This document shows, piece after piece, positions 1 to 12,225 of a stretch of DNA of 64,000 nucleotides. Source of the stretch: Lama glama (Eukaryota); contig CM052816.1 in assembly GCA_028534125.1 (NCBI GenBank), forward strand, positions 12,154,001 through 12,218,000. The letters are read 5' to 3'. Under the pieces are notes generated by a model. That model made no database searches. It saw nothing but the letters and a program-made list of their open reading frames with translations, and was not told where the DNA came from. Position numbers and translations under genes: made by a program. Numbering within the stretch: position 1 is the first letter of the stretch; every line of letters begins with the position of its first letter.

Positions 1-128
1 TGTGCACTATGTAGCTGTGGGTTTGGGGTGGCCACAGGAAGAAGGGAGTTCAGGATCTTCCTACACCAACATCTTGGATGGCCTCCCTGACACTTTAACT
101 CTTAATTATCATATTTGATGATCTAGTC

Positions 129-300
129 CAGTTTACTGCATATCAGAATCACCTAAAGGGGCTGTTAAAACATGAACTGCTGAGCCTACCCAGAGTTTGC
201 TATAGTAGGCATGGGGTATGCTGTGAAAACCTGCATTTCAGACAAGTTCCCAGGTGGTGCTGAGGCTGCCTATCTGAGCTCCATAGTTTGAGAACTACTG
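129..300 (-). mobile_element. MER5A-like hAT-Charlie DNA transposon
   Basis: Contains 'atcagaatcacct...aagttcccaggtggtgctgaggctg...tttgagaactactg', the reverse complement of MER5A. Degenerate 8-bp TSD atctagtc/aactggtc. Confidence 0.8.
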
Positions 301-302
301 AA

Positions 303-436
303 CTGGTCCAACTGCCTCACTTTAGAACTATAAAATCAAAACTCAACAAAGGAAAGGATCTGATCAAGATCACAGCATGGATTGATGCCAAGCAAAATAT
401 GAATCTAGGTCTCTTGGTGCCCAAGTAAATGTCTTC
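303..436 (-). mobile_element. MIR SINE fragment
   Basis: 'gatcaagatcacagc...gaatctaggtctcttggtgcccaag' resembles the reversed MIR core. Confidence 0.55.
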
Positions 437-559
437 TTAAATATGAGGAAGCACCTATCCTCTCTCCTTTTTACACCTACAATAAAGGGATATAATATTT
501 GGCTGAAGTTACAAATAACAACTCCTCTGACATGTCCTGATACCCCTAGTTGACAGGTG

Positions 560-845
560 TTCCTAGATTAAAATTAATTAACCTTCTTGAGTTTTAAATT
601 CCTATAAATTTGGGGTAACCAACTCCTACTTTGCAACTTTGTCAGAAGGACTGGATGTACTTAGGAATTTCCCCCACGGGAATACAAGCTCCATGAGGGC
701 CAGCATTTTTCTACTCTTTACTTCCTGTCCATTACCACATTCAGGAATACTTTCTCACACAAATTAGTTACAATGTTTGAATGAATAAAAACAAATGCTC
801 AGTACATTGTAGGAACTCAATAAATGGTGGCTTTATTGCTATTTT
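560..845 (+). mobile_element. MIR fragment interrupted by an L2 3' end (~670-790)
   Basis: MIR body, then L2 'aagctccatgagggcc...tgaatgaat', then the MIR tail 'gtaggaactcaataaatggtggc'. Confidence 0.55.
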
Positions 846-3005
846 AACATCATCACCACCACCACCATCCTCACCATCATTGGTTTATGGTTTCCTGATT
901 CATTTCCTATCCTATTCTCTCCCTTTCAGATTTTTGTTTTTTTTTTTTTACACTCTCTTCACCTGCCAAGCTCCACTGTATTTTCTTGTAATGATGTTTC
1001 CATTTTATGGCTTTTGAAAAACAGGCCAGATGTTAATTTTGTTGTTGTGTTATTCTTTCAGCAAATTCACAGCAGCGCCATTGATATCCTGTTTTCAAAG
1101 GAGGGGCTTTAAATTACTGCAAACATCCTGCCTCAGCTGCCTTTTAAATCTTTTCCAGCTTTGAAGGGAGGATGATCTTTAGTCATCTGGGACTTATTTT
1201 AACTCTTAGGATAACAGCGAGACATCTTCTGTTGCAGTGTTGGAAGCAGATCTCCCACTGCCCCACAAAGTTCTCTCTCACCTCAATAAACAATCAAGTA
1301 GATAGGAAAGAGACTGCGCTGAATTTATTTTATAGTCCATTCTTCATGCCTAGGATGGTCTGGCACTGAGTAACCACGCTCCTTGTGAAAGGAAGCATCC
1401 AGGTGCACTGATATAAAATACAGCTTTGAGCAGAGAACAGTTTTTGTAGGAAAACAGTGACAGAGTGGAGAAATCATCTTGCTAGATGCAGACCCTAGAT
1501 TCATTAAGAGAGCATTTAAAAAATCCTGAGCCACAGATACCTTTCACAACTATTCAAATCAGACTCTCTGAGGTTTGGATTTCCCTCCAGTTCTAAAAAG
1601 CTCACGGACCAGTGCAGAGTGTTTCAGAAGTGTTTCATGGATCCTCAACATAGTGAAAAAAATAAGCTCAAAGTAGCAGGATTTTCATAATGTAAATTCG
1701 ATCCTTTAATAAAGACTGTCTTCTATGCCAAGAGCAGCCATTTTCCCTTGCAGGGCTTAAAAAAATCATTAACCACCATTAAATAAATAAAATGTTACTA
1801 CAACTCAACTTGGGGCAGGCTACATAACCTGAGAAGAAGCAAGATGGTAATCAAAGTCTCTGATTTAGAATATCTGCCCTTATGGCTTCAATCTGGGGCT
1901 CACATTTTGGTATCAGTGCTGTTTCCCATTTGTAACAGAGGCACATGACAATCTCAGCATGTACTGCCTGTGTCTCCCTGTCAGCCATCAGGAGGGCGTC
2001 TCCTCCAGTCTGTGTCAGCTGCTCTACAGGAAGGGTGTCTGTTGCTCTGGGGGCGTGGGAGGAGGGCATCCAAGGTTCCCAACATGAATTTCATGTATAA
2101 CACTCACCCTGTACTTCAAATCAGATTGTCCTAGACATAAAATGTTAATATTATGAAAATCCATGTAATAACTGGCTTGAAATGCATTGAAACATATAAA
2201 GAACAACTTAATTTTGTTTACATAGATTATGTTCTTCCTGCTTGTTTCAGCTTCAGACATGCTTTTAAAAATGACAGTAATTCCAGCTTCAAAAAATTAT
2301 ACATTTATGCGATAAAAATAAAATAAAATGTTGGTAATGCTCCTTGCGGGAGACACTAATTTATTTATTTTTTGTTGTACTGGTTTATGTCATCTCTAAG
2401 TCTGGGGATACCATACTCTGTGATAGAAAGTATGCAGTACCTGGTAACCCTCGATCATTATTGTCTTGCCAGTAATCAGTGATGACAGTTTAATATTCAT
2501 TCCTGAGAAGCAAAACCAGCCCTCACACAACCAGCTTCCATTTTATGCAATTCTGAGGACTCAAACCAGTTCCATTATAACTGACTTCGGGTATCAAAAA
2601 ACAGAAAAATTATGTGCTTTGTGAGAAGGACATTTTTGCTATAGCCTTGAATAGCTCCTTAAAATGAAATCTTTTCCCCTGTAACTTCCTGCAGCACCTG
2701 ATCAGTTCTCTTGGCTGGCATTCATCACTTGCTTTCTTGGGTTATACGTAATTATACACAAGCAGATCCCTGACATCCTTGTGAATTTAACATTTCCAGT
2801 TCAACTTTTCATATGTGACCCTGAGGGTTCCACAATTTCTACAATTTGTCATATTGTCATGGTATGAATTTAAATCACACTCACTTTGAGCTGGTGTAAA
2901 AAAGTGAATGACTTAGCCAGTGCAATACCCTGCATAATCTCCCAGCCTCTCACCTCAATCTAGCTCTGCTGTTCTTGTTTTCCATTTGTGTAAGATCAAA
3001 TTTTT

Positions 3006-3505
3006 NNNNNNNNNNNNNNNNNNNNNNNNNNNNNNNNNNNNNNNNNNNNNNNNNNNNNNNNNNNNNNNNNNNNNNNNNNNNNNNNNNNNNNNNNNNNNNN
3101 NNNNNNNNNNNNNNNNNNNNNNNNNNNNNNNNNNNNNNNNNNNNNNNNNNNNNNNNNNNNNNNNNNNNNNNNNNNNNNNNNNNNNNNNNNNNNNNNNNNN
3201 NNNNNNNNNNNNNNNNNNNNNNNNNNNNNNNNNNNNNNNNNNNNNNNNNNNNNNNNNNNNNNNNNNNNNNNNNNNNNNNNNNNNNNNNNNNNNNNNNNNN
3301 NNNNNNNNNNNNNNNNNNNNNNNNNNNNNNNNNNNNNNNNNNNNNNNNNNNNNNNNNNNNNNNNNNNNNNNNNNNNNNNNNNNNNNNNNNNNNNNNNNNN
3401 NNNNNNNNNNNNNNNNNNNNNNNNNNNNNNNNNNNNNNNNNNNNNNNNNNNNNNNNNNNNNNNNNNNNNNNNNNNNNNNNNNNNNNNNNNNNNNNNNNNN
3501 NNNNN
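3006..3505. other. Assembly gap (500 N)
   Basis: Run of N from 3006 to 3505. Confidence 1.
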
Positions 3506-3654
3506 CCTACAGTCTAGTTATATTATTAAATCCATTCAGCAGAAGAAGAAAATAAAGCTTAGAGGGTTTGGTTGAAAGTCACATAGGCAGAGCTAAGATA
3601 TGTAAAATGTTATGTCTGACTCATTAACTTGTACACTTTTCCCCTTAAAAAGAC

Positions 3655-4350
3655 TTCAGATATATCTGATGTATATTAGTTTCAGTGTAGAAAATAAGGA
3701 ATTGAAATTTGTATGCATTGCAAAATGACCACTACAGTAAGTCTAGTTAACACCTATCTCTGCACATAGTTACAAAATTCTTTTTCTTGTACTGAAATCT
3801 TTTAAGGTCTACCCTCTCATCAACTTAAAGACAAATGAACTTATTTACAAAACAGAAACAGACTCACATAGAAAACAAACTTGAGGTTACAGGGGAAAAG
3901 GGAGAAGGAAGGGATAAATTGGGAGTTCAAGATCTGCAGATACTAACTACTACATACAAAATAGATAAACAAGTTCATGCTGTACAGCACAGGGAACAAC
4001 ATTCAATATCTTACAGTAATTTATGGTGAAAAAGAAAATGAAAACGAACATATGTATGTTCACGTACGACTTAAGCATTGTGCTGTACACCAGAAATTGA
4101 CACATTGTAAACTGACTATATTTCAATAAAAATGTATATATACAAAAAAACAACTCTTAGAAAAAACAAATATACAATAAATGATTATTAACTATAGCTG
4201 CCATGCTGTACATCACTTAACTTATAGAGGGAAGTTTATGCTTTTTAACGCCCTTCACTCATTTCAATTCACTTCATTCGCCTACTCCGACCTCACCTTC
4301 CCCACCTCTGGAAACCACCTATCTGTTCTCTCTATCCATCAGCTTGCATG
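3655..4350 (-). mobile_element. L1 3' UTR fragment split by a younger L1 insertion
   Basis: 'agtctagttaacacc...ttttaaggtctaccctctc' resumes at ~4167 as 'caaatatacaata...attaactatagctgccatgctgtacat'. Confidence 0.7.
3828..4150 (+). mobile_element. Young artiodactyl/camelid-type L1 3' end
   Basis: 'aatgaacttatttacaaaacagaaacagactcac...gctgtacaccagaaattgacacattgtaaactgactatatttcaataaaa' plus A tail. Similar to 60180-60494. Confidence 0.85.
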
Positions 4351-4359
4351 TTTGTTCAT

Positions 4360-4520
4360 TTTTATTGAGATATAATTGAATATAATATATCAGTTTCAAG
4401 TGTACAAGATAATGATTAGGTACTTGCATGTACTATAAAATGAAAACCACAGTAAGTTATACCACATAAGTCACCACATAAAGTTACAAACTTTTTTCTT
4501 ATAATAAAAACTTTTAAACA
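4360..4520 (-). mobile_element. Second L1 3' terminal fragment
   Basis: 'tttttattgagatataattg...accacagtaagt...agttacaaacttttttctt' parallels 3655-3800. Confidence 0.65.
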
Positions 4521-5118
4521 TGCACTTCTTAATTTCTATTGATGTCTATTCTACTTACCTCCTCTCCGTCACTCCACATAATTTTCCATATTCTTTCTAT
4601 GCTATAAGTGCTATCTGGGCATGAGTTTAACTATCTCTTCCTTGGAGGAACTAAACCAGAACTCTTGCTGTATGAAGATTTGTTAAATACAGATGGCTGA
4701 GTGAATACAGGGATGGATGATGCATTTGCTAATTACATTCACTTGCTATCTCTTAAAAACTGAATGAGAACAAATATCTTTCCATGTGCATTTATTCCAT
4801 ATTATCTAGTGTAATGCTACAGAAATTCTGAATGTTGAATAAAAAGGAATTTACCTGTACTTAAGAGGCTCCCAAGTCAAATAAAGCAGTAAAACATTTC
4901 CTTTACTAAGAACATTAAACATTGTGAGTCAACCTCTACACCCCATCCAATGGTGTCCCAGTGTCATCTACAGATTTTTAATGAAGTGCTGGCTTGAATC
5001 CAGAAAGTACCAGGGAGGCCCTGCCTGCTTTACTTTGAGAGAAATAGAACAAAACGTCTTATTCTTTCATGATAAACTGGAAGACCTTGAAATAATGCAT
5101 GTTTATTTTCTCCATCTC

Positions 5119-5630
5119 TGTATTAGTCAGGGTCCTCCAGAGGAAAGAACCAACAGTATAGGTACAGATGTATGTAAGAGGAGGTTTATTACAGGGGTTG
5201 GCTTACCTAATTATGAAGGCTGGGAAGTCCGGTGATCTGCTGTCTGCAAGCTGAAGACCCAGGAAAGCCAGTGGTGTCATTCAGTCTGGGTCTGTACCCT
5301 CAAGACCAGAGGAGCTGGTGATGTAAGTCCAAGTCCAAAGGCCAGAGAACAGGAGCACTGATGTCTAAGGGAAGAAGAAGACAGATGTCTCAGTTCAAGC
5401 AGAGCAAGCACATTCACACTTCCTCTGACTTTCTGTCCTGCTCAGGCCCTCAGTGCACTGGATGATGCCTCACCCACATTGCTGAGGAGGACCGTCTTTA
5501 CTCAGTCAACTGATTCAAATGCTGATCTCTTCCAAAGACAACCTCATGGACACACACAGAAGTAATGCGTTCCCTGCTATCTGAGCATCCCTTAGCCCAG
5601 GCAAGTGGACACACAAAATTCATCATCACC
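5119..5630 (-). mobile_element. MLT2-type (ERVL) solo LTR
   Basis: Starts 'tgtattagtcagggtcctccagag' and ends 'gacacacaaaattcatcatcac'. Has the internal MLT2 hallmark 'ctttactcagtcaactgattcaaatgctgatctcttcca'. Confidence 0.85.
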
Positions 5631-5689
5631 GTCCTCACACATTACCATGAAACTTATTAGTTATTTGTTTTTAACTATAATTAATGCAA

Positions 5690-5940
5690 GAAGGAGAAGG
5701 ACAGAGGCTATGAGAGTACACATAAGGCAGAAATACCCTATTTGGGGGCAGGGGCACCTCGAAGGCCTCCCTTAGGAAATGACATATGAACTAGAACTGA
5801 AAGAGGAGGCAGATAGCTAAATCAGAATGTGCATTCAATAGGCATGAGAGTTGAGTTACTGAAACAGGGATAAGTGCCCAGGGCAGATGGAACAGCGTGT
5901 GTAAAGCAGAAAGGATCAGGAAGCATGTAAAAACTGAAAA
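5690..5940 (-). mobile_element. L2 fragment
   Basis: 'gaaggcctcccttaggaaatgacatatgaactagaactgaaag' and 'ccagggcagatggaacagcgtgtgtaaag' are typical of antisense L2. Confidence 0.6.
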
Positions 5941-5964
5941 AAATGTAGATGAATTTTGATGATT

Positions 5965-6400
5965 GAAGTCCTGACTAAATATGAGTAAGATCTGCAGTTT
6001 AGTTAACAGTGTTGTAGCAACTCCAACTGTATATTAAATAGATAAACAACAAGGTCCTACTGTACAGCACAGGGAACTATATTCAATACTTTGTAATAGC
6101 CTGTAATAAAAAAGAATTTGAAAAGGAAAATTTATGTATACATATATACATGTGTATAACTGAATCACTATGCTGTATACCAGAAATAAACACAACGTTG
6201 CACACTGACTATATTTCAATAAGCCTTTTTTAAAAAGTAGTGTTATAGGAACATCAGTTTTCTGGTTTTGATAAAGCATTATAATTATGAAATATGTTAC
6301 CAGCAGAGGAACCTGGGGGAAGGGTTCATGGAACGTTCTATACTATTTTTTCAACTTGTGAGTCTAAAATGATTTCAAAATAAAAAGGATTTTTTAAAAA
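5965..6400 (+). mobile_element. Old L1M (MC/MD-like) 3' end with a young L1 3' end inserted (6022-6238)
   Basis: Insert 'atagataaacaacaaggtcctactgtacagcacagggaactatattcaata...' is flanked by the TSD agtgttgtagcaac (6008-6021) / agtgttataggaac (6239-6252). Confidence 0.8.
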
Positions 6401-7029
6401 AAGGACATTTGTAAAATGTCCCTTGGGTGTCAGCTTGAAATTGGGACTTCAAGATCATGGGTCTCAATAAAACTATATGTATGTCATGACATTCTTAAAC
6501 GTGTCCACTGTGTTCTTCTGACACGTAGAGTGCTATACTGCCCTAATTTATTAGTGATGCTTAGCATCTGACATATCTTCCCAGGCATTGGTGATGGTCA
6601 TCTTAAAAGCAAACTGTAATCAGGATTCTGGGCAGGACAAGGTGAGAATTAGCTGTCTCCTTCTCTGTTTATCTCTACATATCAGCACTCTGCTCTGGAA
6701 TGTATGATGGGTAGGCAGCCGTGATTCCATGTACAGGCATTGGCTGAGAATTGTCTCAGGGAAAGTCTAACTGAATCACACTGCATGACAACGTAAGTAG
6801 AATGTGCTCATGGAGGTCAAAAGAAGTAACACAGAATATTGTGTAACAGCTACAATGACAGTCATGCTCACCTCTAAATAAGACTTTTCATCAGCCTAGT
6901 GCTGGTTACAGCAAATAAGACATGGAACCAGGGAAAACCAGACAGCAATCTCACAAATCACTGGAGCTGAGCTAGGATTGACTCACTGTCAATAGCACAA
7001 TTGTTATCCCCCTGAAATAAATGTGGCAT

Positions 7030-7535
7030 TGAGCACTCACATCTGATTATGTCATTCTTCTGCTCAAAATTCTGCCCCTCTTCCCCACTGCTCATTGGAC
7101 TAAATATAAATTCTTCTGAAAAATAGTCAAGTCCTCAGTGATTTGGCCCTTGTCCACTTTTCTCACCTCATTGCTTTTTCTTACATTCTAGTATTACCAA
7201 ATTCTTTTACTGATTTTCAAAGATCCTGGGCTCCTTTATGCCTCTAAGCAACTGACTGTGTTTTCTTAAACTTCTTATTTTAATGCACCCTACTGTTTCC
7301 GCGAAACTTTTTTTAGCTTGTCCAAACTTAGGTACATCTTCCTTGTCGTCTCACTCATCCTGTAAGTAGCTATATTGCAGCAACTGTTCATTTTGTATTG
7401 TAATGTGTTTCTTCATATGTCTGTCTCCCGACTAAGCTCCTTAAGGATGAAGTTCCTCCCCTCTGGTGTCTTCAACACCTACAAGACTGCCTGACCTAGT
7501 GTAGGTATTGTTTAAAAATTTGATGAACGAATATA
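7030..7535 (+). mobile_element. L2 3' fragment
   Basis: 'tctgattatgtcattcttctgctcaaaa...gtctgtctcccgactaagctccttaagg...gtaggtattg...tgaacgaat'. Confidence 0.7.
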
Positions 7536-8479
7536 AACAAAATTTATTGAGTGATACTTGCCTTAATTAGAAGGAGACAATGTTATAATGGTTTCCAATA
7601 AGAATTATCAATGTTAGTATGAAAGAATTTATGTCTGTGGCTTTGAGGCATCAATAAGAGATCAGACTGCAGTTAGTAAAAATGCACCTGCCTATCATAT
7701 CCCATGCATGCTGGTTAGGGAACCCACATGGTTAGAAAAAATGTATCTACCTCAAAATGCAGAAAACACAATCAGAATTTTATGATACCTATATAACACA
7801 ACATTATTATTTAACAACATAGATTGTTCCTTTTTAACTTGGCCTACTTGAGACTATGGATTTTGTTTTCCATTTTAATAAACGTACTTTTGATGATAAT
7901 GATTTTCTCATCACTTATGAAGTCTTTTGGTAAAAGGACAATGATTCCATGTGAAAAAGGCCAATGCTTAAACTCCTTTAATGGACACTCTTGGGTAAAT
8001 CTGTCTCCTTTCTCAGGTCAAAAGTGCAATATATTACAATTTTAGAAAAGAACTAAGAACAAATAAATATATGAAGGTTACATAAAAATAAGCTTTAACC
8101 TTATATGATCTGAGGTTTGAGAAAATATTCCAAGTAATGCAAAATAATTAGTTCTTCCAATATATTCCAAAATAAATATGTATTCAAAACATTCCAACAT
8201 ATTCCAAAATATTCCATGGAAAACAAAAAAGGCAAAGGGAGATTAAAGAATTTAGACAAAGATCTGTAAATTGAACACTGATAATACTGAAGGGTTCAAC
8301 TGAATTCACTGACAAACATTTTTCATATAAAATAGGATATGAATGGATATTTTTTGGAATTTATAGTCCTACTTAGTGAAATATATGTTTGCGCCAATTA
8401 CACAGCAGATACTTTATTAATCATTGGGATACCATGATCAATGAAACAGACCTTGCCTTTGAGAGGCTCAGTCTGGGAG

Positions 8480-8735
8480 ATGGCAGAATAGTACATGGAG
8501 CAAAGCCAGCATCATGGCGTTCTATGGACTTGAATTTGGATGCCAAATGTGATGCCATAATGTCAGATTATTAGCCACGTGACTCAGGCTAGTTAAGCTC
8601 CCTCGATCTTAGTTCATTTGCTTGTAGAGAGTAAATAATAAATCACAAGGTTGCTGTGAAGATTATATAAGAAAATTCCTGTAATGTGCTTGGAAATGCA
8701 TGGCTGAAAGTAAAAATACACATACATTTTAGCTG
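8480..8735 (+). mobile_element. MIR SINE
   Basis: Core 'ttagccacgtgactcaggctagttaagctccctc...ggttgctgtgaagatta'. Confidence 0.65.
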
Positions 8736-8934
8736 AGAAAGTTAAACAGTCATTTTCTTAAATTTATATCTGTGTAAGCCCTAGGTCTAAAAGGAATAAT
8801 GGGAGTCTGTAGTAATATAAGAAATTACAAGTCAGCATATCCTCAATTTCAAAGATAACTTAAAAGAAAGTCACTGAAAAATTCTAACTCATTTCTGAGG
8901 GAGAAAAGGTGAAGTGACGACTCTATAAGGTCCC

Positions 8935-9095
8935 CACGAGAGGCAGATACAAAGAAACAGCTTTCAGTTCAATTTCAGGAAAACTCCACATTCATCAGAA
9001 TTATTTATCCACAAATGGTGTGAGCTGCTTTATGAGTTAATATGACATCTGCAATCCAATATGCCGAACACCACTGAAGAATAATTTGAGATTGT
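8935..9095 (+). mobile_element. L3/CR1 3' fragment
   Basis: 'ctttcagttcaatttcaggaaaac...aaatggtgtgagctgctttatgagttaat' resembles the L3 3' end. Confidence 0.5.
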
Positions 9096-9889
9096 AGAGA
9101 GATTAAGGTAAGTCATAATTTAGGAATAATTAGAAATAAGCAGCTGATCCAACCAGATGCTAAGAAAAGCCGCCAACAACATATCTATGGCCTGTCTCCC
9201 CGTTTATTTTGCCACAGAGAGAAGGCCATAATCAAGTTTTGGCTGTCGCTTTACCAATCAAACTGACTGTGTTCTGGTTGATTATGAGCAAATTTTAGAG
9301 TGACTTACTAACCATGCTGTGAAACTATTGATTTCCCAATGGTTGGCCATCATTTTGTTCTTCTCGTTCCCCAAAATGGAATCAACAAAATCAAAGTAAT
9401 TACAAATCATTGGTGAAAAGGCTGTGCACTATTATTCCATACGGAGTTTTCTCTTTATTTAATTTTTTTCATGAAGCTCTGAAAACTACTCCGATTAGTA
9501 AGGCCACTCATCAGTATCTACTTTTACTTTTGCCAGAATAAGACAACTGGTTAAAAGGATCTTCTTTCCTAATTATGCCTAAAGGTAGTCATTGAAAGGT
9601 ATCACTTGGTATTGAAGAGGATGGAGTTTGGAAACAGAATGACCAAGAGGAACTCCAGCTTTACCCAGTATGGGCCTGGGGACGGGTAACCTCTCTGACT
9701 CTGCTCCTTATTGGCTGAAATGCATATTGCACAGGGAACATATAGGCTCAAAAAGAAATGATATTCAACACCTTTAACATTAAGCAATAAAAAGACTCAA
9801 TTACCTGTTATTAATTGTCCCTTGAATTCCATACGTAGGTGTCTCCTAGCATCTACTAACCCTTATACACCACTGAGAGGACTGGAGAC

Positions 9890-10065
9890 ACAGAAATCAG
9901 AGCTGGAATAAATTAAGACATTACTTTAAGTCTCTCCTTTTATAGAGAAGAAAATGGATGCCCAGATTCCCACAGCTAAGTAAAAGCAGCACTGAGTGAG
10001 AGAGAAAAGAGTGCATTCCCATCTCCTACCTCCAGTCCAAAGCTGATTCCACAAAACACATTATC
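9890..10065 (-). mobile_element. MIR fragment
   Basis: 'ttttatagagaagaaaatggatgcccaga...cacagctaagtaaaagcag'. Confidence 0.55.
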
Positions 10066-10119
10066 CCTGGTAATACCACATTTTTGAAAGAGACACTTAA
10101 CCTGTCTTAAGAAAATTAA

Positions 10120-10390
10120 GTACAGCATAACAGAGTAGAAAGGATATGAGCTTTGGAGTCAGATCATTCTGTGTTTGACTCTGAGATTTGCCCCTTGCTA
10201 GTTGGGTGCCCTGAGCAAATCACAACCTTCATGATCCTTCATTTTCTCTCCGAAAGTTGTGGGTAATCACAGGTACCATATGAGGCTCGTGTAAATTTTT
10301 GAAATAAAGGATATAGAGTCCTTAGAACAGCATTTACCACATTAAGAACTCTTGCCAAATATTAGCTAGTGATAATCATAAAAATAACAG
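10120..10390 (+). mobile_element. MIR SINE (near full length)
   Basis: 'cagcataacagagtagaaagg...gagctttggagtcaga...ttgctagttgggtgccctgagcaaatcac'. Confidence 0.75.
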
Positions 10391-11419
10391 GTAAGAGGTT
10401 TAGGTATCCTAACACGTTCAAGAAGGAGGAAGTCCTCTTGGTTTTCCCCAAGTGTCACCAACGTGGTGGTCACTCTCGGAACACGAATTCACTACTACAA
10501 TAGGAAAACTCCACTGTATTGTGTTTTTCTCCTCCTCTGACAGTTATAGAAACACATACACACACACACACATTTTTGTAACTTCTCCCTTCAGCCTCTC
10601 CAATTTCTGGTTTTTTCTCGCTCCTAATACATACTCTTCTCAGGGAACGCCCATGCAGTGCCTGCAATGTGCACCGTTCCTGGCCTGACTCTGTCTCTGG
10701 GGCGCATGGGCACTACAGAGCACTGTGCACCCAGCGCTGAGACATTCATCCATCAAAATCCTGTCTTCAGTGACTGTCACTGTCTCCCAGGTCTGTTCGC
10801 TGTTCTGGTGAATTAACTTACACCCACAGCTAAGCCTAATCCTGCCACGTTCTTCAAGGAATTCAGAGCTCCATGAGTTTAGCTCTCTAATGTCCACACA
10901 GCATGATGCTGCGTGCAAGCAGGTACAGTGTGTACCATTTTACAGTATATTCCATCCGACTGCTTCTTCTTCCTTTGCTTTGCTATTCTTCACTTCCACA
11001 AGGATGCTCTGACCTGTGGTTTTAGTTCATGCAGGTATTGCCTTGTTTGCTAAATATTTCTGTTGGACAAGTTGGCTATAGAGGGATTTCTTTATAGGAA
11101 AATAATTCTTGAGTTTTATGATACATGCAAAGATAAATTTCCACAGGGATTTTTTTTAATGCCTCCAAAAGGAAGTTTAAACCTTTAGTGTGGGTATTAG
11201 AAACAACTTACTCATTTGTATTGTGCCTCTAACACCATGCTTACCAAGAATATTCATAGCAATTTCATAAAGTTCCTTAACTCTGATAGCTTGTGTCTGC
11301 TCCTTTCTCTTTCCATCCTTCTCTCATTTGTGAATTGTCTAATTTCACTTCTTCTTGTCCACCCCTGATACACACTGAAGTATGCAGACAATTTATGTTC
11401 AAGGCCATGATTAGTTCTG

Positions 11420-11635
11420 TTTTACATTCAGACAGATTTGGTTTGAATTTCAATTCCTCCATTTACCTTGAGACCTTGTGCAAATGGCTTAGTCTGGCCT
11501 CAGTTTGCTTAGCTGTGATATGGTACTATAATAATAGTACCTTCTTCTAAACTTATGAGGATTAAATTATGCATATAAAATGCACATAAAAAGACTCTGC
11601 ATGGTGCCTTTCATGGAGTAATCTCCACTAGTGTT
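11420..11635 (+). mobile_element. MIR SINE
   Basis: 'tcagacagatttggtttgaatttcaattcctccattta...gaccttgtgcaaatggctta...gcctcagttt'. Confidence 0.75.
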
Positions 11636-11724
11636 TTTTTCAGAAGACTAAAACACTCAGCCTACATGACATGTGATGGGACTCTAGGAATCTGAGGTGT
11701 AAGAAGTTTTGGGGTTACTTTTGT

Positions 11725-11945
11725 TAATCATCATTATCATCATTGTCCCCTATTTATGCACTTTACATGTATTATCTCAATTTTAGCAACAACTCTGAAA
11801 GTTTGATATTCCATTCTTTTTACAATTGAGGTTACTGAGAACCAGAAACTTTTAGTGACTCCAAGATCACTCAGTTAATAGACAGAGGGAGATTTCAACT
11901 AGGCTCTGTTAAAAGTTTAGGTTTCTAATCATTACTCTATATTAC
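11725..11945 (-). mobile_element. MIR SINE
   Basis: 'gcactttacatgtattatctca...tttacaattgaggttactgaga...ccaagatcactcag'. Confidence 0.7.
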
Positions 11946-11971
11946 CTTTTATAGTTTAAAAATTTATACAC

Positions 11972-12225
11972 ATGTCAAAATGGTAGTCCATGGATGTGTT
12001 TTGTTGGTCTGATATGGATTATTTTTAATAGTCTTACATTGAAAATTTAAGAAAAAATCAGAACATCTAGCCTCTTTGGTTATAGTCTTACTTGGAGACT
12101 ACTGCCTAAAACCCATAGTCACTGCATTTTTCAACTAGACATGCATCTCCAGTTCATACTACCCCCTACTGCTTCACTTATTTCCATCATGTGCTTGGCC
12201 TCCACTGTCGTGTAACTCTTAGTCT
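11972..12225. mobile_element. hAT-Charlie remnant (MER102-like)
   Basis: 'ggatgtgttttgttggtc...tagacatgcatctccagttcatactaccccc' resembles MER102. Confidence 0.4.

Noticed and set aside
2975..3555. The two longest ORFs in the track (180 and 189 aa)
   Set aside because: They are artefacts of translating through the N gap.
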